NCBI GenBank assembly: GCA_951406725.2
Contig: OX597829.1
Span: 24,242,001-24,306,000, forward strand
DNA length: 64,000 nucleotides
From: Octopus vulgaris
Lineage: Eukaryota
Reading direction: 5' to 3'
Below are positions 1-11,358 of this stretch, piece after piece (positions within the stretch are counted from its first letter, which is position 1; the number at the start of each line of letters is the position of its first letter). Position numbers and translations under genes: made by a program. Below the pieces are notes generated by a model. That model was not told the DNA's origin. It searched no databases and saw only the letters and a program-made list of their open reading frames with translations.

Positions 1-527
1 TGACCTGTACAGTTTCCAAGTCAGTTGTCGGAATAGAAGAGGGACCCATCATCATAACCATTCCTGGAACAGCCAAACCTTGCTGACGACTTAAATCTGT
101 TTGCTGTATTTGATGACTCTGAGAGGTGGCAAGTGGAACTGTTGCTAATGGTTGTTGTTGTTGTTGTTGTGACTGTTGTTGTTGTGATTGTGCTTGTTGT
201 TGTTGTTGCTGTTGTTGTGATTGTGCTTGTTGTTGTTGTTGTTGTTGCTGTGCTTGTTGTTGCTGTGATTGTGGTTGTTGGACCTGTTTTGCAGGGAGTT
301 GTTGCTCTCCTTGAGCCTGTTTTGTTTGTTGTGCTTGCTGTTGTTGTTGTTGTTGTTGCTGTGCTTGTTGTTGTTGTTGTTGTTGCTGCTGCTGTGCTTG
401 TTGTTGCTGTTGCTGTGCTTGTTGTTGTTGTTGTTGTTGTTGTTGTGCTTGCTGTTGCTGTTGTGAAAGCTGTGCTTGTGATGTTGTCTGGTATTGTGTA
501 TTAGGTGAAGGTTGAGTTTGTACCACT

Positions 528-565
<38 letters not shown>

Positions 566-752
566 CTGTTGTTGCTGCTGCTGCTGCTGTGCTTGTACCA
601 CTTGCACCTGTTGTGGTTGTTGTTGTTGTTGCTGCTGCTGTTGTTGAACTGCTTGAACTTGCTGCAGTGGCTGTTGTTGTGTCTGTACCTGTTGCTGTTG
701 TTGGACTGATAACTGCTGTTGTTGTTGCTGCTGCTGTTGTTGCTGCTGCTGC

Positions 753-793
<41 letters not shown>

Positions 794-915
794 AGGAGGA
801 GGCTGTGTATGCACCTGTTGATGGGACAGCACACTTGGCACAGCCAATTCATCAAGAGTAGAATGAGGTTTCTCTGTTGTGTCTGCTCCATCACTTGATA
901 TTCTTAATTGTCCAG
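1..915 (-). CDS. Clock: Clock poly-Q exon (runs off the left edge or ends near position 5)
   Basis: Acceptor cttcag| at 916-917, phase 1. Open frame of ~305 codons: (P)GQLRISSDGADTTEKPHSTLDELAVPSVLSHQQVHTQPPPQQQQ...QPLATVPLATSQSHQIQQTDLSRQQGLAVPGMVMMMGPSSIPTTDLETVQ. Phase matches the upstream exon. Absent from the ORF track because there is no stop in the window. Confidence 0.85.
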
Positions 916-1301
916 CTGAAGTTTTAAAGAATTTGCAGAAATAATGAGAATTAGACATAGACAGGTATAAAGACAGACAAATAGGCTGATAATCAAAAAA
1001 AAAAAAAAAAGGCAGGTGTGTCACTAGCTCAGGTAAATTTCTGAAATACTAATTTACTTTCTCTCTCTTTCAGGTGTGTTCCTGAAGAACAATAAGCTGA
1101 CTGTATTCAAGTAATAGTTCTTCATATATTCCCATAGCGCATAAAAAATCCATTTGATACCAACCCACGTGAAGCAACCACCACTGGTTCTATGTTACTT
1201 AATAAACCTCTCATTTTAAAATTTTATATTTAAATTGAAAACTTCTGTTACAATTTTATGTTAATTTATGTTTAAAATAATAAATTAATAACATTAAAGT
1301 G

Positions 1302-2016
1302 GATTGCAAAAATAAATCTCTGAACAAGATGTAAACAGTAACCGCTCGACAACGTAAAGTATAATAGCCATCTCAATATGGCTAACCTTAAAGGGTGGGT
1401 GTTACTGTAGCTTTTAGCCCCAGGAGATCATCGTCTCCAGCTCAATTTAGACACGCTTTCTGTGCCCTTATGATATTTGCAAAGGGAGGTCATCCCTCTC
1501 TCGTAAACCTAAGTGATACGCACGGACTGCAGTTTCAAGGTAATTTGCCTCTTGTCAACGTATGGTAATCACCGGTTTTCAATGAAGAGAGACCTGTTTG
1601 CGAATATCTATTTAATGTTTTTCCCAGTAACCACTGTCACTGATTTCGAAAAACTGTCTGAAAGCAATAATAAATCTCTGAACGAGATGTAAACAGTAAC
1701 TGCTCGACAACGTAAAGTATACTAGCCATCTCAGTATGGCTAACCACAAAGGGTGGGTGTTACTGTAGCTTTTAGCCCCAGGAGATCATCGTCTCCAGCT
1801 GGCTTTAGACACACTTTCAAGAGGCAAATTACCTCGAAACTGCAGTCCGTGCGTATCACTTAGGTTTACGAGAGAGGGATGACCTCCCTTTGCAAATATC
1901 ATAAGGGCACAGAAAGTGTGTCTAAAGCCAGCTGTAGACAATGATCTCCTGGGGCTAAAAGCTACAGTAACACCCACCCTTTGCGGTTAGCCATATTGAG
2001 ATGGCTAGTATACTTT
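1302..2016. mobile_element. Penelope-like/retrozyme-like non-autonomous element: 358-bp unit, partial direct copy and inverted copy
   Basis: 1311-1460 is repeated at 1669-1818. 1818-2016 is the reverse complement of ~1353-1554. Flanked by direct ACATTAAAGTG (1291-1301, 2017-2027). Inserted in a piggyBac-type MITE. Confidence 0.7.
1522..1561 (-). ncRNA. degenerate minimal type I hammerhead ribozyme motif
   Basis: Minus strand ACG-TTGACAA-GAGG caaatta CCTT-GAAA-CTGCAG-TC-CGT. The inverted copy (1819-1850) has CCTC-GAAA. Core deviates from CUGANGA. Confidence 0.5.
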
Positions 2017-2204
2017 ACATTAAAGTGAATTATTTTGCTAAATTCCTCTAAATTCTTCATTATTTTGAAAATTTATTGAAACATCATGGTAATTGGGGAG
2101 AAATATGGTAATGAAACAGTTAATTACAGACTGTAGCATATTTATAAAACCTTACTACATTTACCATTTAGTCATGACTATGTGATAACTGCATTGGAGC
2201 AATA

Positions 2205-2480
2205 TGTTCTATGAACACACCAGAAATAGAATCCCTTGAATGCTTAGATGGCTCACTAGAAGTAGTTGACAGCTTTTGGCTGCTCGGAAAGTATAATAGC
2301 CAGAGTAAGAATGGATTTGGAGAAAGCTCCAGGAGCAACAACCACTGCTCGCAGCAAAAGTCTTTTCCAATAGAATGAAGGGCAGACTGCATGATGCATG
2401 TGTTAGAATTGCAATGTTACATAGTTGTGAGACATGGTCACCGAATGCAAAGAACATTAGGAAGACTGGAAAGAAATAAG
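2205..2480 (+). mobile_element. RTE-clade LINE reverse transcriptase C-terminal remnant
   Basis: Fragments EIESLECLDGSLEVVDSF and RMKGRLHDACVRIAMLHSCETW, with frameshifts. Confidence 0.65.
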
Positions 2481-3625
2481 TGTAGATATATCTGCACGTG
2501 TGTGTGTGTGTGTGTGTGTGGATGCATCCACATGTGTGTGCATTTGTGCAATAGTGTGGCTTCTTTTCATCTTATCTCATACTTAATCTGCTTAATAGCT
2601 ACGTACAACCGTCTGAATAGTTCGTTTGGCACTATCTCTAACTTGTTCTTTGCTAGTAACACCAATGACCACTGTTAATGCTAATAAGACTTTCGGGATG
2701 TCAGCTTCATTCTACTGTTATCAATTTTCCTCCCCTAACCACTTTGAGTTTAATTGACTAAGTTGTATACCCACCCTGAAAGGGACTGAATATGATAAAA
2801 CTGTCTAGCTCATATAGTTAACAAATTGATTGGCTGTCAGCTTAATGTACACTCCCAATTTTTACTCATCTGAAAGTAATGAATTGGTTTAACAAGTGGT
2901 GTTAATGATTTTGATGGGTCAATGACTCTATACAAAGCCTACCATCCCTAACTGAATTAATTAGTATATTTAACTATCCTTTACTGGAAAGTTCTATATC
3001 TTACCATTATCCCAGTGTTGCACATAACCGAATAAATCTCTAATGGATTATTACCTGAAGAAGTGGCAATGTTACATAAACATCTTATTGCATAATCATA
3101 TATAATTGAGCATTTTACTGTATGCCAAATTGTGTTAATAATAAATTTGCTAATAAAATGCATGTAGTAATATCCATAATGTCCACTCATTGTGCGTGCA
3201 TGCGTGTGCATGCACACACGCACATGCATGTGTATTCTAGCTTTGTTATTGTGTACTAGATATAAACAAACATCACTGTCATGCAAGAAGTATTGTTTGT
3301 TTTCAAATTTCCATTGAAAACATGGCTGGACATGGGGGTAAAATATTTTACTTCAGTTAGAATTGGCAACAGGAAAAGCATCTGGCAATAATCTGTCTAA
3401 AAAAATATATTCTGACACATGCAAGCATAGAGAAGTAGACATTAGAACAATGATAACAGTGGGGTGGGGTGAGACAGAGGAGGTGGATTCTATCTAGTGC
3501 TCCAATGACTGCCAATTCTCCAATTTACCTGGCTACTATACATGTGCACCTCTCAAAACATAGAGGAAGTGCATACATAGAATGTGATGTGTGTGTGTGT
3601 GTGCGCGCATGTGCAGGTGTGTATG

Positions 3626-3691
<66 letters not shown>

Positions 3692-3745
3692 AGTAGTAGT
3701 AAAAGAAGTTTAACAGAATAGCAACTAAATAAATTTTGAAATTAC

Positions 3746-3930
3746 GTGATATTGAAGAACTTTGTACTCCAGAAGTTAGTGCCGTCCAGTCAACACAAGT
3801 AGGTGACAATTTACGAACTGAAGAACTTGGGCAAGACTGTTCTGAGGGTGCTGATTCTATAGCAACTGGTCCTATTTGTTCTTCACTGAAACCAAGCTCT
3901 TTCCTCATCTGATGTCGAACATCAGCATAA
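3746..3930 (-). CDS. Clock: Clock exon after PAS-B (YADVRHQMRKELG...), 3' boundary uncertain
   Basis: Acceptor ttcag| at 3931-3932, phase 2. SYADVRHQMRKELGFSEEQ resembles vertebrate SYAEVRAERRRELGIEE. Two possible phase-1 donors, ending at 3815 (gtaaat) or 3746 (gtaatt). Confidence 0.8.
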
Positions 3931-4020
3931 CTGAATAAAAAAGAAAGAAAAGAGATTATTGCTTTGCTGCATACAATACACACATATACACTTGGAAAAC
4001 TAGAAAACTGAAGGTCTCAA

Positions 4021-4485
4021 TGATGTTTCAAAATTTCATTTGTTCTACATCTGTTTCTACAGTTTTAGTGTAATCATCAACAATATAATTTATACATAAT
4101 TAATTAAATGTGATGAATAGGTCATTTCATCAGGAATACAGAATATCTGCTATTGCACTGAATTATTAACATATTTGATGTTTCAAAATTTCATTTGTTC
4201 TACATCTGTTTCTACAGTTTTAGTGTAATCATCAACAATATAATTTATACATAATTAATTAAATGTGATGAATAGGTCATTTCATCAGGAATACAGAATA
4301 TTTGCTATTGCACTGAATTATTAACATATTTGATGTTTCAAAATTTTGTTTGTTCTACATCTGTTTCTACAGTTTTAGTGTAATCATCAACAATATAATT
4401 TATACATAATTAATTAAATGTGATGAATAGGTCATTTCATCAGGAATACAGAACACCTGCTATTGCACTGAATTATTAACATATT
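4021..4485. repeat. three near-identical tandem copies of a 155-bp unit
   Basis: Units start at 4021, 4176 and 4331 (tgatgtttcaaaatt...aacatatt) with only a few substitutions. Confidence 0.95.
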
Positions 4486-4984
4486 GTAATTTAACAACAT
4501 TATGTGGAGCTATTTTTACGGTGCCTAAGCACTAATTCAATATATATAGTGTGCAAGAGGCATTTGAGGAATCCTAATTATCTCTTCAAATCAATTAAAA
4601 GGCTTCTATTTCTTTCAGCTTCCCCATAACACATAAAGTGTCAGTACAAGAAATGAAAAGACATGCAGCTGCCATATATAAGTAGGACAGAGTGAATTAA
4701 AAATTGACAACTTTCTAAATGGTGCAAGATATTTTGTAGACAAATTTTATTAAAGTTATCCCTACAGATATTCTATAGAAATTATAGCCAGCACAGATTT
4801 TGTTATGATGTTTTGTATACAAGACATCTGATATAAACAACAATGAGATTGAAGATAAAAAATGGGTAATGGGCATATAAGCTATATTTTTGGAGTTTGT
4901 GGTTGCAACTGCTATTTCACTTGGCTTGACAGGTCTTCTCAAGCACAGTATATCGCCAAAGGTCTCAGTCACTAGTCATAAAGT

Positions 4985-5560
4985 ATTTGGTTCATACCAA
5001 GTGGTTAAAAACCCTCCTAAACATGGCATGCTTTGGTTCTTTGAAGAGAAAAACTTCAACGAAGACCAAGGAAAACTATCTGGCTCATACCAAGTGATTA
5101 AAAACCTTCACAAACATGGCATACTTTGATTCTTTGATGAGAAAAACTTCAACCAAGACCAAAGCTCTAATGAGAGGAATGGCAGATGGTTATATTCAAA
5201 TCTTCCTGATGTCCCTCCAGACTGATGCACACTAACTAAGTTTCTAGCAACTACGATGGTTTTAGGAGTTGTGAGTAACAAAGCTCATGTCATGCCATCT
5301 CACATCCTCCCACAGGGTTTTAAAGTTAATGCTGTAAGATACAGTGAGGTACCAGAGACATTTGTTACATTCTGGATGTGGAAGGCCATACATGCTTCAA
5401 CAAGACTGGATATCAGACAACCTTTACAATCATGTAACACCAAACTTGTGGCCTCTAAACTTGCCAGATTTAAATACTATGGACTATTACAGTTAAAGTG
5501 TTATTGGAGAGAAAACTTACATCCTCACAATACCACAGCATTGCTGAAGGGCATCATTCT
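4985..5560 (+). mobile_element. Tc1/mariner (maT/DD37D-like) transposase remnant with internal ~93-bp duplication
   Basis: HGMLWFFEEKNFNEDQ occurs twice, followed by MVLGVVSNKAHVMPSHILPQGFKVNAVRYSEV. Confidence 0.6.
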
Positions 5561-5764
5561 AGTTACAAGTGCTCCAACATATTTCAAGTTGTATGTAGGA
5601 TGTTGAGTTACCTAATATATCCTTCCTATTTTTAGTTGGCAAGGTTCAATCTGAGAGAGATTTAGCTGCTGTTTCTAGCAGGTCAACTGATAGACTAGGG
5701 ACTCCTTCATTAACAAATAATGCAATATACAGTTAATAAACACAAACTCTTTGTATGTATAAAC

Positions 5765-5885
5765 CTGATAAATTTTGGATCATCTAGTTTAAATTATCCG
5801 TAAAATCTCGGGATCATCTAGGATTAGACAATCTCTGTAAAATCCCAGGTCATCGAGGTTAAATTATCTCTGTAAAATCCCAGCA
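5765..5885. repeat. ~38-bp degenerate tandem repeat (3-4 units)
   Basis: taaaatc(t/c)cgggatcatctagg(a)ttaaattatctctg-like units. Confidence 0.7.
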
Positions 5886-5988
5886 TGGCATGTATTGGGT
5901 CACCTGGATTAGATATGTCCCAGGACGACAAATTTGAAGTATGTAAGAGTAGAAACCAAAATGGACAGATAATATTTTTTTTTCTTAC

Positions 5989-6136
5989 CTGACAACTTTA
6001 TGAGTACACACAATAAATTCTGGTTTAGAGTTCCACTGGTGATATGTGATATAATAACGAGTTCTTAACCAAATCCACTGTTGTCCTTTGGTTAAAAACC
6101 GGTAGAAACATGATGTACCTTCACCTGCATGCATTA
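5989..6136 (-). CDS. Clock: Clock PAS-B/PAC exon (148 nt)
   Basis: tgcag|...|gtaag. [50 protein letters not shown], near-identical to CLOCK PAS-B. Confidence 0.97.
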
Positions 6137-6183
6137 CTGCAAGAAAACGAGGATGAAATACAAAATTATGACGTGGTGGTGGC

Positions 6184-6221
<38 letters not shown>

Positions 6222-6506
6222 CAGCAGCAGCAGCAGCAGCAGTCATAGCAGTAGTAATGGTGGTGGTTTCTTATTTTGGCACAAAGCTTGCTTTCCCAAG
6301 ATGAGCAATTCTTAGTGGTGGAGGCAAGTTGATTACATCAGCCCCATTGCTCAACTGGTACTTATTTTACTGATACCAAAAGGTAAAATTGATTTAGGCA
6401 GCATCAGAACTAAGAAAAATATGAGTCAAAAGAAATGCTGTTCAACATTTCATCATATGCACTAACAATTCTACCAGTTCACTGCCTCAATAATAATAAT
6501 AATAAC

Positions 6507-6874
6507 AGGAGCACTCAGACAGCGCAAACCTCTGCTAAGGCAACACCAACATCCTCTCAACAATTAGCCAGAGATGATTTTTGAAATGGGAATATCTGAA
6601 ATAAGCTCGACTGTTCTCACAAACGAGAATACTAAAAATGAACGTGACCACTCTCAAAGATTAAGTAAACAAACAGGAAAAATAATACAGAATCCTTGTC
6701 CAGTACCAGATCAATCCCAAGAACTAATCAGTTCATGCCAGTCACGAGGCCAAACATCCCTGAGAGTTTCATCCGAATCCAACCAGCGGTTCTTGAGATG
6801 TCTTGTCCATGGACAAACAAACAAATAAATACAACTGGAAACAATACCTCCACCTTCACTAAGGCGGAAGTAAT
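6507..6874 (+). mobile_element. Helentron/HINE-like non-autonomous element
   Basis: 3' hairpin cctccacc-ttcactaa-ggcggaag and a related sub-terminal motif cctctgctaagg near the 5' end. It interrupts an (aat)n/SINE context. Confidence 0.45.
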
Positions 6875-7139
6875 TAATCTTTGTACTATAGACACAAGGC
6901 CTGGAATTTGGGGGAGGGGATTAGTTAATTACATTGACCCCCAGTGTATAACTGATACTTATTTCATTGACCCTGAAAGGATGAAAGGCAAAACCGACCT
7001 CAACAGAATAATAATAATGTCAAGTGGGAAAAATATCTCCTCTTTGTAAAACAGGTAAGGGTTGGCAACAGGTATGACATCCAGCCTTGTAAAATACTGC
7101 TTCAAATGTGTATCTGTCCAACATAAAACAAATGTATGG

Positions 7140-7170
<31 letters not shown>

Positions 7171-8389
7171 TTTGTTTTATATCATGTATGTTTGTGTGTG
7201 TTTATCAAGGACTGTCAAGAGAACAGGAGTTACATGATCACTTTCATTAGCTTAGAGTTGTTTCTGCTATAAGAATCAATGTGCTTAGAAGTGAGTGCTT
7301 TGTGTACTCATGCTGTAGCTTCCTCAGAGTCATTAACACATTGAGTGCCATGTATACAATATATGTATACATGGCACTTTACAAATGTGCTGCATATATG
7401 TATATTGTATACATGTTTTCTCATCAAAAAATGAAATGTATACAGTTATTGTATACAACTGAAATACTATACGAATTTGAAAAAAAAAAACTTGCGGCAG
7501 ACGGGACCAATTTACACATTTCTCCTTGGTACTCAGTGTGTTAAAATTGAAGAGTGCAGGCTTATTTTAGAAAGTATTGAAATACGTGATACAACCCTCC
7601 CCTCTCACCCCCCACATACATACGTACATATAAACATAAATATACAATTCATCCGTCATCAATGATGACCAAGGACATCACATGAGAGAAGATGGGGCTC
7701 AGTGTGTCTGGCTGAGGTTGATCTGTCTGATGCATACTTGGAAGGCTTTGCTATAGGTCAGGCACTCGTGATCTGCTGGGACTGAAGGTGAGAAGAAGTT
7801 GGCTCTGGACTTGTACAGCTTGTGTTTTCTTTGTACCCCTGCAATCTTGTTCTCTTCATAGGAGGTGGCACCTCTGCTGCTGCAGTTTCACTAGAATGGG
7901 CAGTCTTGTATTTGTGTTTCTCAGATGTCAAGAGTTGATCCCAAAGTTCTTCAGTGAGGTTTTGAATGTGTCCATGAAGTGCTTTTTCTGTCCAACTTGT
8001 ATGTGCTTGCTGTCTGCTAGTTTGTTTTAAAACAATCTCTTGGGAGGTGTATATCGAGTGTTCAAACAAGGTGGCCTGCCTGCATACATACATATAAGGG
8101 TACGTGTGTGCATATGTGAGTATATGTGAAAAAGAGGAGCAGAGAGCAGCAGGTACATATATATGTATATATGTATGCATGTATATATATGATGATTACT
8201 TCATCTTGAGAGATGATAGCCGTCCCATCAACAAACTCACCACACCCCATCACAGTACAATCACTCCATTAATGAGCCCTCAGATGACTTATAAGACCAG
8301 CTGCTGACTGACAGGGTTTAAAACACAAGTGACAGAGATTATTCAAGTTTCTTTTATAACTTTGCCCGTTGGAATCTGATTCTGAAGGA

Positions 8390-8652
8390 CATCATCATCA
8401 TCATCGTTTAACGTCCGTTTTCCATGCTAGCATGGGTTGGACGGTGCAACTGGGGTCTGGGAAGCCAGAAGGTTGCACCAGGCCCAGTCTGATCTGGCAG
8501 TGTTTCTACAGCTGGATGCCCTTCCTAACGCCAACCACTCCGAGAGTGTAGTGGGTGCTTTTCATGTGCCACCTGCTCAGGTGCCAGAGGAGGCTGGCAA
8601 ACGGCCACGATCGGATGGTGCTTTTTACGTGTCACCGGCACGGAGGCCAGTC
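8390..8652 (-). mobile_element. RTE-LINE 3'UTR-derived repeat with (ATG)n tail
   Basis: catcatcatcgtttaacgtccgttttccatgctagcatgggttggacg. Same family at about 10295-10590, 23900-24120, 25360-25640, 29320-29620, 35520-36005, 36885-37026 and 61790-62070. Confidence 0.8.
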
Positions 8653-8654
8653 GA

Positions 8655-8699
<45 letters not shown>

Positions 8700-8898
8700 T
8701 GCATATATAATCCAAAAAGTCAAACAAGTTACAAAAAAATTACAGAAATGGAACCAGAAACAAATTTAAAACCACTACTACTCTTGCTGCTGCTGCTGCT
8801 GTCACTACCACTACTACTAAATAACAACATCAGAAGTCTGTTGGAAGCATTGGTATATCTATATTAATGGAGTGAAAAAAAGACAACAATATACTTAC

Positions 8899-9005
8899 AC
8901 TGCTCATGGCATTTTGAAAGTTTTTCTAAATCATCTGGATGATAATAATCATAGCCTGACGTACCAAGTACTTCAAAGGGCAGATAACCAATAATGGGTG
9001 GTGCT
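8899..9005 (-). CDS. Clock: Clock PAS-B exon (107 nt)
   Basis: gaag|...|gtaagt. [36 protein letters not shown]. Confidence 0.97.
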
Positions 9006-9229
9006 CTTCAAAATAAAAGAGAATCAGAGAAATACAAATTATTTGCATGTGTTATGAAGTTATGTTTAATCGCAAATAATGTTAAAATCTGTCTAATCTA
9101 TGCTAGTTTTGGAATACAGTTTGGGGTTTTAGATGCAACAAGTTGGGACCAGAGGCATGTATTCCAGGTGTGTTAGGTGTGTGCTGCACACCAATCTAAA
9201 ATGGCAATCCATTATAAATATTAACCTAC

Positions 9230-9428
9230 CTGTGATCGAGGAATAAAAATTTCCACTCAAAGCTGTGTCTGGAAGTGAATTCTGCCTTTGTTTCATCAAT
9301 ATTGGACATTTCTCTGATGAGTTGACAAGGCTGAAGCTGGACTGTACAACAAAAGCAGGCAGTTTCAGCCACTGACTGGTTGAAGTCTTTGGAAAATTTC
9401 CGCGTGCCGTCATCGTTAAATGTTGGGG
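9230..9428 (-). CDS. Clock: Clock PAS-A end / PAS-B start exon (199 nt)
   Basis: ttcag|...|gtagg. APTFNDDGTRKFSKDFNQSVAETACFCCTVQLQPCQLIREMSNIDETKAEFTSRHSFEWKFLFLDHR. Confidence 0.95.
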
Positions 9429-10024
9429 CTGAAATAAAAAAAAGCAACAATAAAACAATGACCAAGACCTTGGGGGGGGGGGGGGTGATGTACTGTGCTT
9501 GAGAGGACCCATCAAGCCAAGTGCACCCATGCTGGTGGCATGTAAAGAACATCTTTTGAATGTTGTGCCTCACAGAGGCAAATTGGCTGAGTTCCTTTTG
9601 ACTGTTGGGTCTCACCAAGACCTTTGGCATTATGTCATGCTTGAGAAGAAGACCCATCAAGCTGAGCAAAATCACAATTGTGGCAGATACTGGTGTCACA
9701 CAAATTGGCACCCATGCTAGTGACACATAAATGCACACCAGTGTCACACAAATGGCACCGGTGCCTGTGATAAAAGCATCCATTACACTCTCAGTGTAAA
9801 CGTGTCTGGGCTGTTAGTTATTTGAAACAATGGCGATGGGAGGGGTGTATTAGATCACTTGGAAACAAGTGTAGTTTGGTGTCAGGAAAAGTAAGTATCT
9901 GACTACAGAGAAACTCAGCTACAAAATATTCTCATCTAACCCATGCAGACATGGAAAAGTAGATGTTAAAATGATAATGTAATCTGATTAAAAACTTAAA
10001 CATGTTTGATTAAGGTATCCCAGA

Positions 10025-10290
10025 GCTGAAGTGAGATGAGACAATGGAAGAGCACTGTGGAAATTGACAGAAGGCTATATATGCTCCACCAAAGCTGCTT
10101 GGAAAGGATTGAGAGAACATACTGGCAAGACCACATAAACAATGAAGATATTCTAAAGAAAACCAATAAAAGACCATTTAGCGAAATCTTCACCAGAACA
10201 ACAATTAAAACTAACATACTCAGGCTGCCAGAACAATGACAGTCTAAAACAGCTTTCAAATGGACAAAGAAATTGAAGAAAAATCAAGAA
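10025..10290 (+). mobile_element. RTE-like LINE ORF C-terminal remnant
   Basis: RRLYMLHQSCLERIERTYWQDHINNEDILKK fits the CLRxIxxxxWxDxIxNxEVL pattern. Confidence 0.55.
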
Positions 10291-11358
10291 CTACCATGGT
10301 GGTGCCATGTAAAAAGCACCTGTGCTGGTGTCATGTAAAAACACCTGTGCTGATGCCATGTAAAAAGAACTCGTGCTAGTGCCACATAAAAAGCACTCAT
10401 GTTGGTGCCACATAAAAAGCACCCAGTCCACTCTGTAAAGTATTGGCATTAGGAAGGGCATCCAGACATAGAAGCCAAGCCAAATCAGACAACTGGAGTC
10501 TTGGCAGCTCTCCAGCTTGCTAACTCCTGTCAAACCATCCAACCAATGCAAGTAAGGAATATGGACGGTAAATGATGATAATGATGATTATGATGGTAGT
10601 GGTGATGGCGGTGATGAAGACAACATGGCAAGAATGTTCATAACCGACAAGAGAGAAGTCAATTCCCCCAAAGACAAATGCAAGGAAGTATTAGGTGATG
10701 TCATTGGATTTGACAATTGGTGATGCTGTTTAGGCTAGGTAAGCCCTCAAAGGATCAAGGATCCTTCCTAAGCCATAAGGGTAGTTTTCTGTAATGTATA
10801 TTATATATCATTCCCCCCACCTTGGATGGGACACCACTCCATCCCAGGGAAGGCTAGCCTTGATTGACTTAAAATGCTTAAAGGCATTCCAGGTGTGACC
10901 ATCCTGATTTTTTTCAATATGCAGGACTACATCATCCAAAGAATGCTTATCTGAAATGGTGTGAAATGATTTGAAAGAGATATAGTTGTCATTTCTAGCA
11001 AAACAAGCAAATGTTTAGAGGTTCAATGGAGAAGACAGGGGAGGATCAAAACATTATTGGAAGTTGTGCGTGTGAAGACCTGCAGTTTGTTATGTCTCAT
11101 GGCAGGACACTATATTCTGTATAACTCAGTTTATCAAGCTCAGTTTATGACTAATGGCTAACAGAACTTCTGGGAAAAATTAACTTGTGATAGGCTTGCA
11201 TCCTGTCCAGGTGTGATTTGTCTTTCATTTGCTAATGTGGTGCTGCAGAAATAAGTAAGAGTTAAGTACTTTACTCATTGGTGCCTATGTTTCATAGATA
11301 TTTCAAAGAAGGTTAATAAACTGGTGGTGATAAAACAAAGAAAATCGAGAGAACTCAC

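Noticed and set aside
126-894. Poly-Cys, poly-Val, poly-Leu and poly-Ser/Asn ORFs in the ORF track
   Set aside because: These are alternative frames and the antisense of the CAG/CAA poly-Q exon. The spliced frame is the Gln frame.
2168-2392. Ser-rich minus-strand ORF that could pass as a Clock linker exon
   Set aside because: It is the antisense of an RTE reverse transcriptase remnant and ends in a stop.
3005-3054. 50-nt segment with good acceptor and donor (RNNPLEIYSVMCNTGIM)
   Set aside because: It would change phase 1 to 0 and break the frame into the poly-Q exon. No homology. It could only be a poison exon.
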